This document shows, in pieces, positions 18,534 to 25,187 of a stretch of DNA of 64,000 nucleotides. This DNA comes from a virus. Taxonomy: Duplodnaviria; Heunggongvirae; Uroviricota; Caudoviricetes. The notes under the pieces are model-generated. The model ran no database searches, was not told where the DNA came from, and saw only the letters and a list, made by a program, of their open reading frames with translations. Location: positions 86,274 through 150,273 of IMG/VR virus record IMGVR_UViG_638275430_000001. One strand, 5' to 3'. Numbering within the stretch: the stretch's first letter is position 1; each line of letters opens with the position of its first letter. The position numbers were made by a program, and so were the translations under genes.

Positions 18534-18809
18534 TTAGATCTCTTCGGCAGCGTCTGCTACCATTTCAGCCAACTTATCTTCGTTGTCGCTAACAATCAAA
18601 TAACGAGCCTCATTGATTTCCCAGCGATACGGACACAATTGTCCATAGCAGTATTCGGCACCACTTTTCATGATGTCTCTGATTTCATCGGCACAATCTT
18701 CGATGTAATCCTCGTCCACGATATCTTTTCTGGCGAGGAATGCAATGATTTCCCAGCGATGATGAACAACTTTCTTTTTGTAACCTTCAATCATCAGAAT
18801 CATGTTCAT
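18534..18809 (-). CDS. Hypothetical protein (start MNMILM)
   Basis: Internal ATG of an ORF-track frame. Confidence 0.55.
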   Translation of the reverse strand: MNMILMIEGYKKKVVHHRWEIIAFLARKDIVDEDYIEDCADEIRDIMKSGAEYCYGQLCPYRWEINEARYLIVSDNEDKLAEMVADAAEEI

Positions 18810-19098
18810 ATTCCCAATTGGCTTCATGCAAAGCTTTATGCATTTGAAAGTTGAAATCGTCTTTCTGTCTTGACAGTTCTCGGTGAAATGCGAACTCACT
18901 AGCACAAGCGATCAACATCTTTTTATCTTCTACGGCGTTAAACGGCGACTGAGCAACAAAGACAACTTTATTTTGTTGGTGCATTTCATTGATGTACCGA
19001 CACACTCGATCACCGTTGTCAAACATACGAGATAGGTAGAGTCGTTGAAACTGAGACAATCGGACTTTCTTGTCCTTGTCAACGTCTATATAATGCAT
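18787..19098 (-). CDS. Hypothetical protein, 103 aa
   Basis: Coupled ORF. Confidence 0.6.
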   Translation of the reverse strand: MHYIDVDKDKKVRLSQFQRLYLSRMFDNGDRVCRYINEMHQQNKVVFVAQSPFNAVEDKKMLIACASEFAFHRELSRQKDDFNFQMHKALHEANWEYEHDSDD

Positions 19099-19313
19099 TA
19101 ATTCGGACCGCCTTCGAGTTCACCGAAAGTTTCTTCGGTATGCTCTTGGACAGAGAAGTGATAGCTTTCGCTGTATCCTTTCTCGGAATACTCGGCGTTA
19201 GCGCGAGCAGCAACAGATTCAGCGATCTTTTTGTCAGTGCGAACGGCATAGAACTCTTTGTATTCTCCACCGTACTCTACATCAAAGAATGAACGAATGA
19301 CAACATAAAACAT
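19098..19313 (-). CDS. Hypothetical protein (start MFYVVI)
   Basis: GAGG RBS; the ORF-track 5' extension overlaps a tRNA gene. Confidence 0.65.
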   Translation of the reverse strand: MFYVVIRSFFDVEYGGEYKEFYAVRTDKKIAESVAARANAEYSEKGYSESYHFSVQEHTEETFGELEGGPN

Positions 19314-19334
19314 GATTATTTCCTCAGATGAATT

Positions 19335-19409
19335 TGGTGGCCCCGGTGGGAATCGAACCCACATCAAGCGGTTATGAGCCGCACGCTAAAACCCTCCAGC
19401 TACGGGGCC
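19335..19409 (-). tRNA. tRNA with CAT anticodon (probably Ile2, else Met)
   Basis: Cloverleaf GGCCCCG/CGGGGCC-A-CCA, loop CT-CAT-AA; acceptor resembles enterobacterial Ile2. Confidence 0.85.
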
Positions 19410-19449
19410 ATGTTTATAGGAACCATTATTACATAGTTCCTAATGATAG

Positions 19450-19836
19450 TCAACCTTTAAGATTCAGTTTGTATCGAATCGAAGTCAAAAACGTCATGAT
19501 ATCTTCCAGTGCATTCACCAGATCGAAATGGCGTTTAGTCTCCAAATACTCATGCACCATAGTACACTCTTGTAGGAAATTGTCAATCAACATTTCAACT
19601 TCCACTTCCGCGTGAGTGGCTGTAAAACTCTGAACATAGCCACGAGCGATAGCGCATTCAGCAAAGCTATCAATCAGCTCTGGAAGTCCTTCGTAGTACG
19701 CTTGGAGTGCTGTATGGCGGCTATAGATGGTAGTAGTCAGGTGTTGATGATGAACGTATGCCACGCTTTTCAGAAGCTTGGAAATTAGTTCACCAACACT
19801 TGAGTTCGCATCACCTTTGAAATCTTTGAAACTCAT
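19450..19836 (-). CDS. Ferritin/Dps-like four-helix protein (DUF5856-type)
   Basis: H..HL....YSRH.AL..YY..L..L.D.F.E pattern; AGGAG RBS. Confidence 0.55.
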   Translation of the reverse strand: MSFKDFKGDANSSVGELISKLLKSVAYVHHQHLTTTIYSRHTALQAYYEGLPELIDSFAECAIARGYVQSFTATHAEVEVEMLIDNFLQECTMVHEYLETKRHFDLVNALEDIMTFLTSIRYKLNLKG

Positions 19837-19851
19837 ATTATACTCCTAATG

Positions 19852-19876
19852 AAAAAGGGAGCCGAAGCTCCCTTTT
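19852..19876. terminator. Bidirectional hairpin terminator
   Basis: AAAAGGGAG-CTTCGG-CTCCCTTTTT. Confidence 0.8.
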
Positions 19877-19883
19877 ATTTAGA

Positions 19884-19970
19884 TGGTACGGATGGTCGGA
19901 CTCGAACCGACACGCTATCACTAGCGCGAGCACCTAAAACTCGTGTGTCTACCAATTTCACCACATCCGC
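19884..19970 (-). tRNA. tRNA-Leu(TAG)
   Basis: Class II cloverleaf, loop TT-TAG-GT, CCA. Confidence 0.95.
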
Positions 19971-19976
19971 ATTGTT

Positions 19977-20064
19977 TGGAGGAGAAAGTGGGATTCGAAC
20001 CCACGGACCCTTGCGGGCCTACGAATTAGCAATCCGCTACGTTCGGCCTCTCTGTCATTTCTCC
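19977..20064 (-). tRNA. tRNA-Ser(GCT)
   Basis: Class II cloverleaf, loop TT-GCT-AA, CCA. Confidence 0.95.
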
Positions 20065-20174
20065 ATGTTCTTTGATGTAATCAGCGGCTCGTTTAATCTG
20101 TTCCCACTGAGAATCAGTTACTTTACTACCGGATAACTCGAACGAGGCTCTTACGTTTTCCTCGATCTCTTGTT

Positions 20175-20396
20175 TTAAGCTTTGCAATAGTCGGTACCAC
20201 TTCGAACAAAACCACCATGATCTTTCTGTCCAATGCAGTGGACACCGCGACATACTTTAATCAGTCCAAGCTTTAGCAGTCTAGTAATCTGATCATTAGA
20301 ACATCTTGCCTTGGATTGAGTTGTACCAAATCCATTAGAATTAGCGGTATCAGCGAAACGAGATTGCAGTTCAATATCAGCTTTGGTGATTTTCAT
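20175..20396 (-). CDS. Hypothetical protein, 73 aa
   Basis: GAGAG RBS; lies between tRNA genes. Confidence 0.55.
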   Translation of the reverse strand: MKITKADIELQSRFADTANSNGFGTTQSKARCSNDQITRLLKLGLIKVCRGVHCIGQKDHGGFVRSGTDYCKA

Positions 20397-20420
20397 AATA
20401 TAACTCTCTATTGTTTAATT

Positions 20421-20515
20421 TGGCGGAAGCGATCCGATTCGAACGGATGGACGAGGGGATACCTCGCCGCAAGTTTTCAAGACTTGTGCAATAAGCCGGA
20501 CTCTGCCACGCTTCC
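20421..20515 (-). tRNA. tRNA-Ser(TGA)
   Basis: Class II cloverleaf, loop CT-TGA-AA, CCA. Confidence 0.95.
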
Positions 20516-20601
20516 AAATTCTTCGACACGGCTCTATGTCGTCATGACTCTTGAACATTACGTTCTGGCTACATACGCGCATCACCTTCCCATTTGATAA
20601 T

Positions 20602-20946
20602 TTAACGAGCTACGGGAATCATAGCAGCTCGTTCCAACCGATCTGCACATTGATTTCTAATATCGACAATAACAGAACGAGCAGACTCAGTGGAAATACC
20701 AAGAATGGTATTCAATTCCGTTATATTGACTCCAATCAATGGGTCTTTATATTTTATATTATCGAATCGTTTGATTAGATGGTTTATGCGTTTCAGTTCT
20801 TCTGGACGAGCATGTAAAGAATCGCGATACAAGCCGTCAACTATTTCCATAAACTCACGCTCGTTGAAATTCAACGTAGCGACCAGTTCACAGTTAGACC
20901 CATACTCAGATTTATCAATAGGTTTTACAATCATTTCTCGGCTCAT
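20602..20946 (-). CDS. Hypothetical protein (start MSREMI)
   Basis: The ORF-track upstream part overlaps tRNA-Gln, so the start was moved to 20946. Confidence 0.55.
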   Translation of the reverse strand: MSREMIVKPIDKSEYGSNCELVATLNFNEREFMEIVDGLYRDSLHARPEELKRINHLIKRFDNIKYKDPLIGVNITELNTILGISTESARSVIVDIRNQCADRLERAAMIPVAR

Positions 20947-20960
20947 TTTATTTTTGAAAT

Positions 20961-21037
20961 TGGCGGGGGATGTTGAATTCGAATCAACGATATCGGAGTC
21001 AAAGTCCGATGCCTTAGGCCAGCTAGGCGAATCCCCT
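20961..21037 (-). tRNA. tRNA-Gln(TTG)
   Basis: Cloverleaf, loop CT-TTG-AC, A1/C72 mismatch, G73-CCA. Confidence 0.9.
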
Positions 21038-21290
21038 ATAATTCTTAGCAGACATGAACGTTTAACGTGAGTCGCTGCCTTATCGTTTCGGTAACTTAAT
21101 CCTACTTTGTGTAACCTCACATCATTCAACGCAACGCTGAATCAATTCAAAGAACTCTAATCAAGAACTCTTTGAAGTGACTCACAAGTAAATCACTCGC
21201 CCCTTAAAATCGCATGTTCTTTCGAACAGAGGGAATTTTTCAGCTGGACTTCTAACAAAGTTTCCTAGGACATTGTTAGCATTCTCTATT

Positions 21291-21365
21291 TGGTCTCGGG
21301 TGAGTGAATCGAACACTCGACGACCTGGTCCCAAACCAGGCGACATACCACTTGCCTAACCCGAG
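21291..21365 (-). tRNA. tRNA-Pro(TGG)
   Basis: Cloverleaf, loop TT-TGG-GA, CCA. Confidence 0.95.
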
Positions 21366-21374
21366 GTAACTAGA

Positions 21375-21476
21375 CGCTAAGGTAGAGAATCGAACTCTAC
21401 ATGAAATCAATACCGACGGGGCAATATATATCCCGACTTTCGAGAAGCTATCTCATTGCACTTAAAAGCATTAGCG
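21375..21476 (-). ncRNA. tRNA-like element with acceptor stem and T arm only
   Basis: CGCTAA/TTAGCG stem with GTAGAG-TTCGATT-CTCTAC; non-tRNA middle; no CCA. Confidence 0.55.
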
Positions 21477-21501
21477 ATTTCACCTTTCAAAGCGATTAAA
21501 C

Positions 21502-21577
21502 TGGTGGGCCCTCCCAGAATTGAACTGGGGACACTATGATCTTCAATCATATGCTCTACCTACTGAGCTAAGGACCC
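21502..21577 (-). tRNA. tRNA-Phe(GAA)
   Basis: Cloverleaf, loop TT-GAA-GA, CCA. Confidence 0.95.
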
Positions 21578-21582
21578 GAGAT

Positions 21583-21658
21583 TGGGGTGACGGACGGGGA
21601 TCGAACCCGTGACTACCAAGATCACAGCCTGGAGCTCTACCAACTGAACTACCGTCAC
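21583..21658 (-). tRNA. tRNA-His(GTG), with T at position -1
   Basis: Cloverleaf, loop CT-GTG-AT, C73-CCA. Confidence 0.95.
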
Positions 21659-21737
21659 ATAAATGATCACTCGAAAGAAAGCATTTATGTAACGAGTTAC
21701 ACACTGACATATATGGGAACATCAGAACCCTTTTCAC

Positions 21738-21812
21738 TGGAGCCCCCACTCGGGATTGAACCGAGGACCTACTGCTTACAAGGCAGTTGCTCTACCACTG
21801 AGCTATAGAGGC
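21738..21812 (-). tRNA. tRNA-Thr(TGT)
   Basis: Cloverleaf, loop CT-TGT-AA, CCA. Confidence 0.95.
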
Positions 21813-21818
21813 GAAATT

Positions 21819-21910
21819 TGGTGGATGCGGTAGGAGTCGAACCTACAATGTTTACCCTGTGGGGCCAGATTTACAGTCTGGTGCAATACCACCGTCATTG
21901 CAGCACATCC
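21819..21910 (-). tRNA. tRNA-Tyr(GTA)
   Basis: Class II cloverleaf, loop CT-GTA-AA, CCA. Confidence 0.95.
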
Positions 21911-21923
21911 ATTATTCTTTATT

Positions 21924-22022
21924 TAGTACGCTATGATGCGAGTGGTGGATTTGAACCACCGACCTTTAGCTTATGAGGCTAACGAGATACCGGACTTCTC
22001 CAACTCGCATCATAGCGCACTA
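21924..22022 (-). ncRNA. Initiator-Met-like tRNA(CAT), CCA-less, 20-bp terminal clamp
   Basis: fMet-like D arm and TTCAAAT T loop; TAGTGCGCTATGATGCGAGT pairs with ACTCGCATCATAGCGTACTA. Confidence 0.8.
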
Positions 22023-22029
22023 ATCAATT

Positions 22030-22105
22030 TGGTTCTCCGTATGGAATTCGAATCCATGTTACCGCCGTGAAAGGGCAGTGTCCTAGTCCACTAGACGAAC
22101 GGAGA
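22030..22105 (-). tRNA. tRNA-Glu(TTC)
   Basis: Cloverleaf, loop CT-TTC-AC, CCA. Confidence 0.95.
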
Positions 22106-22109
22106 TCTG

Positions 22110-22349
22110 TCAATAAGCGAAACTAAACAATCGTCTTTGTTTTGCTTTTAAGTCTTCTTCGACAACAGAGACATTATCACATGTTTCCGCAGTAGAGTAA
22201 ACATCTTTTTGTTTTTCTTTTTCAGCGGCTTCCGCAGCTTTCTTTCTAGCAAGTGGACCAACGTTTTTCCACAACGGAGCGTCGTACCATGCTTTGCTAC
22301 ACTGATTACCCGAGCCACGATTGGCGCGAGCGTCTTGATCATTACTCAT
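22110..22349 (-). CDS. Hypothetical protein (start MSNDQD)
   Basis: AAGGAG RBS. Confidence 0.65.
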   Translation of the reverse strand: MSNDQDARANRGSGNQCSKAWYDAPLWKNVGPLARKKAAEAAEKEKQKDVYSTAETCDNVSVVEEDLKAKQRRLFSFAY

Positions 22350-22381
22350 ATAAACTCCTTTAATAGCAAGTCTATTTAGTA

Positions 22382-22520
22382 CCAAATTTAAATGCACTGT
22401 CTAGATCCCCGCAGGTGGTTCCCACTCTACTAGCCTTTGTTTGCACAAGCTTGCGGCTCTTAGCTACATACGAGGGCTTATCTCGTCCAATGATGGTAAG
22501 GGCAATGCACTTAAATTTGG
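22382..22520 (-). ncRNA. Candidate structured RNA closed by a ~18-bp stem
   Basis: CCAAATTTAAGTGCATTG pairs with CAGTGCATTTAAATTTGG; internal hairpins; no credible ORF. Confidence 0.5.
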
Positions 22521-22591
22521 TGGAGACGACGGGATTTCCGCCCGTATCTCAGGTCCCAGTGACCTGCGATTATGAAGTTATCTACGTCCCC
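22518..22591 (-). ncRNA. Ala-acceptor tRNA mimic (G3:U70, A73, CCA) without a D stem
   Basis: GGGGACG/CGTCTCC-A-CCA; CAGGTC-ACTGG-GACCTG; T loop CGGAAAT. Confidence 0.65.
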
Positions 22592-22596
22592 GAATC

Positions 22597-22671
22597 TGGT
22601 GGTGCATGGTAGATTCGAACTACCGACCGACGGCGTATGAAACCGCAGCTCTACCACTGAGCTAATGCACC
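22597..22671 (-). tRNA. tRNA-Met(CAT) (elongator or Ile2)
   Basis: Cloverleaf, loop TT-CAT-AC, CCA. Confidence 0.85.
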
Positions 22672-22890
22672 AGACGGTATCCAGAATAACAGATACCGAG
22701 GCAATAATCAACCATTCGGTTGCAAAGAGATTTAACCAACAACAAACTACTCTCATTGTATGTCGTGTTGGAAGCACTTCTCAGATCGTCCGTGGTAAAC
22801 ATCACGCGCCCCGTCTGAGCCTAATCTATTGCTTTTTTATAGCCTATCGCCACGCAACAAGTATATGGCCTATTGCTTGACTCGACTATT

Positions 22891-22967
22891 TGGTACGCCG
22901 CCCGGGACTCGAACCCGGAACCTATCGGTTAAAAGCCGATTGCTCTAAACCATTGAGCTAACAGCGC
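22891..22967 (-). tRNA. tRNA-Lys(TTT)
   Basis: Cloverleaf, loop CT-TTT-AA, CCA. Confidence 0.95.
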
Positions 22968-22973
22968 ATTGTT

Positions 22974-23047
22974 TGGCAGGGGATGTAAGAATCGAACTCA
23001 CGTCAACGGATTTGGAATCCGCCGCATAACCATTTTGCTAATCCCCT
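22974..23047 (-). tRNA. tRNA-Trp(CCA)
   Basis: Cloverleaf, loop TT-CCA-AA, CCA. Confidence 0.95.
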
Positions 23048-23240
23048 ATATTCTTACCAGCTATCAAAATCCGTAATGGGAACACTCTTTGCTCCATCTT
23101 TGACAGCTTTTGCACTAACCACAGTACCGATTGATCCGCTTTCGTATTCAACATCAATCAGATTCGTTTCGTGCATCTGCATGAGTTCCATCATACGCTG
23201 AATCTCAAGCATTGTAAACCTTACTTTATTCATTTTTCAC

Positions 23241-23441
23241 CTACAGAATAGGACTTTCGATTGTGACGTCAAGAACGGAATAATACGTGCTGTATTCCGA
23301 ACCCATGTCGTCGTAATGTGCGCGAACTTTACTTTCGGCATCGTCTATGTCTTCCGCTTCTACCAATTTAATGGTATCGAATGACTTGGATGATCCCATG
23401 TATTCGCTTTTCATATAACGTATCTTAGCAAGAAACAACAT
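23241..23441 (-). CDS. Hypothetical protein (start approximate)
   Basis: ORF between tRNA genes. Confidence 0.5.
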   Translation of the reverse strand: MLFLAKIRYMKSEYMGSSKSFDTIKLVEAEDIDDAESKVRAHYDDMGSEYSTYYSVLDVTIESPIL

Positions 23442-23847
23442 CGTTGTCAACCTTTAACGTATAGATTTTCGAAGTGTGTCCAGTCATAGGCTGAACTCCG
23501 CAAATTTCCTCAGCAATCAGCTTGGGAACAAATCTAGGAACAACTGTGAGTCTATCGAAAATCGCTTGATTTCCTTTATCCCAGTTCTGTTGTCTTTTGA
23601 TCGCCGCAATCTGTGTTGACTTGATATCAAGTTCTTCCGCTTTCAGAAGCTCGAATTCTAAGTCATTGCTATAGGTAACACCATACGCGATTACGATATC
23701 AAAGTCAATAGGACATTCAGGCGTTTCGGTATATCTAATGATCTGTCTCAGTGTTCGAACATCATCTTGAAACCAACCGCAGTTGATAAAGCATTGTCCG
23801 ACACGTTCGCCGTTCTTCATGAACAGCGCCCAACTAGGTGCGCTCAT
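23425..23847 (-). CDS. Hypothetical protein, 140 aa
   Basis: ATG ORF; the C-terminal VQPMTG motif also occurs in T4-like major capsid protein fragments. Confidence 0.6.
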   Translation of the reverse strand: MSAPSWALFMKNGERVGQCFINCGWFQDDVRTLRQIIRYTETPECPIDFDIVIAYGVTYSNDLEFELLKAEELDIKSTQIAAIKRQQNWDKGNQAIFDRLTVVPRFVPKLIAEEICGVQPMTGHTSKIYTLKVDNDVVSC

Positions 23848-23991
23848 ACTTTATTTCTCAATAGAGTGAATCACAGATAATAGTGAGGACAAGAAGTACA
23901 TCCGTTAGGATGGCATGTTGCCGTTCTATCATCACAAATAAAAACAACAGGAATTAATACCATATTAGCTTTCATTTTTATTCCTTGTTAT

Positions 23992-24066
23992 TGGAGTACC
24001 GGATCTGATTTGAACAGACGTAAAAGTGATTTGCAATCACTTGCCTTACCGCTTGGCTACCGGCAC
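23992..24066 (-). tRNA. tRNA-Cys(GCA)
   Basis: Cloverleaf, loop TT-GCA-AA, U73-CCA. Confidence 0.95.
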
Positions 24067-24073
24067 GTTAATC

Positions 24074-24147
24074 TGGAGCCTCATTCGGGAATCGAACCCG
24101 ACACTACGACTTGGAAGGACGGTATGTGACCACTACACCAATGAGGC
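24074..24147 (-). tRNA. tRNA-Gly(TCC)
   Basis: Loop CT-TCC-AA, U73-CCA; anticodon stem has two mismatches. Confidence 0.85.
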
Positions 24148-24220
24148 ATTTCTGAGTAGTCGAGCCGACTTATCCGTATTCTTTCAACGGTGAGCTGATA
24201 GCTACTCTAAACTTTAAATT

Positions 24221-24296
24221 TGGTGGAGAAAATGGGACTCGAACCCACGACCCCCAGCTTGCAAGGCTAGTGCTCTCCCATCTGAGCTATTTCCCC
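24221..24296 (-). tRNA. tRNA-Ala(TGC)
   Basis: Cloverleaf, G3:U70, loop CT-TGC-AA, CCA. Confidence 0.95.
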
Positions 24297-24364
24297 AAAT
24301 TCTAATAGATACTCGCAAGTATACATTAGAATAGGCACTTTATGCAAGTACCTACGCAAGTCTT

Positions 24365-24510
24365 CGGATTCACATACGGGAGCGGTGACTAACCCGCGTT
24401 ACTTTTATATGCTGTTCCCTCTCAGCCGCACATCCAACTACCGAAGCAAAGGAGTGCTATCCATTAATAGTAGAGTTTTGTTTTTGTATTGATTGCAGAA
24501 GTGAATCCAT
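24365..24510 (-). ncRNA. Motif RNA with a multi-hairpin interior
   Basis: GGATTCAC-TTCTGCAATCAAT ... GTGAATCC-G terminal stem. Confidence 0.7.
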
Positions 24511-24571
24511 GCAATTTCAAAGAGCAATTGAACTACTGTCGGGTAAGTTCATTTTCCTGCTAGGCAGAAAC

Positions 24572-24658
24572 TGGTGGAGAAGACTAGCTTCGATTCTAGT
24601 AAGGCTTGTAAAGCGGGCCCATCACGAGGACCTGAGACTCTTTATCTCTTACTTCTCC
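24572..24658 (-). ncRNA. Degenerate class II tRNA-like RNA with CCA
   Basis: GGAGAAG/CTTCTCC-A-CCA; GGTCC-TCGTGAT-GGGCC; non-canonical D and T loops. Confidence 0.6.
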
Positions 24659-24665
24659 ATAAAAC

Positions 24666-24740
24666 TGGCGGTGCATACGGGAATCGAACCCGTATCTTGT
24701 GATAGACAGTCACGAATAATAGCCATTATACTAATGCACC
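24666..24740 (-). tRNA. tRNA-Asp(GTC)
   Basis: Cloverleaf, loop CT-GTC-TA, G73-CCA. Confidence 0.95.
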
Positions 24741-24746
24741 TAAATT

Positions 24747-24821
24747 TGGTAGTCCCGAATGGTATCGAACCATCCACATCCGCGTTATCAGCACGGCGCT
24801 CTACCTCTGAGCTACGGGACT
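24747..24821 (-). tRNA. tRNA-Ile(GAT)
   Basis: Cloverleaf, loop CT-GAT-AA, CCA. Confidence 0.95.
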
Positions 24822-24826
24822 AAAGA

Positions 24827-24936
24827 CTGAAAGACTTTTTAACTGCCACCTGGACTCTTGTGCTAGAGAGTTGAGGAATCGAACCTCACCGTTTTCTTAA
24901 AATAGAAAAGTTATATTGATTGCTGAAATCTTTCTT
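24827..24936 (-). ncRNA. Motif RNA with a circularly permuted tRNA-like domain (YrlA-like layout)
   Basis: GAAAGATTT-CAGCAATCAAT ... AAGTCTTTC stem enclosing a hairpin, a T arm TGAGG-TTCGATT-CCTCA and a closed stem ACTCT/AGAGT. Confidence 0.7.
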
Positions 24937-24947
24937 AGCACGGTAAA

Positions 24948-25048
24948 TCATTATTGCGGAGGAGGTTGGACTCGAACCAACATAGGGTTATTACCCGCAG
25001 ATTAACAGTCTGCCGCTCAACCTTTGAGCCACACCTCCGCAATAATGA
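24948..25048 (-). ncRNA. tRNA-Asn(GTT)-like, long variable arm, CCA-less, terminal clamp
   Basis: Loop CT-GTT-AA; variable arm GGGTAATAACCC; TCATTATTGCGGAGG pairs with CCTCCGCAATAATGA. Confidence 0.8.
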
Positions 25049-25063
25049 CTTGCAAATAAGAAA

Positions 25064-25127
25064 CGGAATGAACTTTTAAGGCTATTTCAAATAATGGCTT
25101 TTTAAGTTAGTTGCTGAACTCATTCCT
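25064..25127 (-). ncRNA. Minimal motif RNA
   Basis: GGAATGAG-TTCAGCAACTAA ... TTCATTCC-G. Confidence 0.7.
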
Positions 25128-25137
25128 ATCTTTGTTT

Positions 25138-25167
25138 ACTATACACTACTATTTAGTGACTGTAAAC
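25138..25167 (-). promoter_or_regulatory. T4-type early promoter with an embedded CTAAATA
   Basis: GTTTACA-N17-TATAGT. Confidence 0.75.
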
Positions 25168-25187
25168 AAAGCATCTTAAATTTTTGA

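Noticed and set aside
20026-20253. 75-aa ORF between the two tRNA-Ser genes
   Set aside because: It overlaps tRNA-Ser(GCT) at its 3' end and another ORF at its 5' end; no clear start.
20947-21129. N-terminal part of the 175-aa ORF 20602..21129
   Set aside because: It overlaps tRNA-Gln (20961-21037) on the same strand.
22382-22591. Complete or two-piece tmRNA
   Set aside because: The Ala-like acceptor domain closes within 74 nt, and no tag reading frame or pseudoknot series was recognisable.
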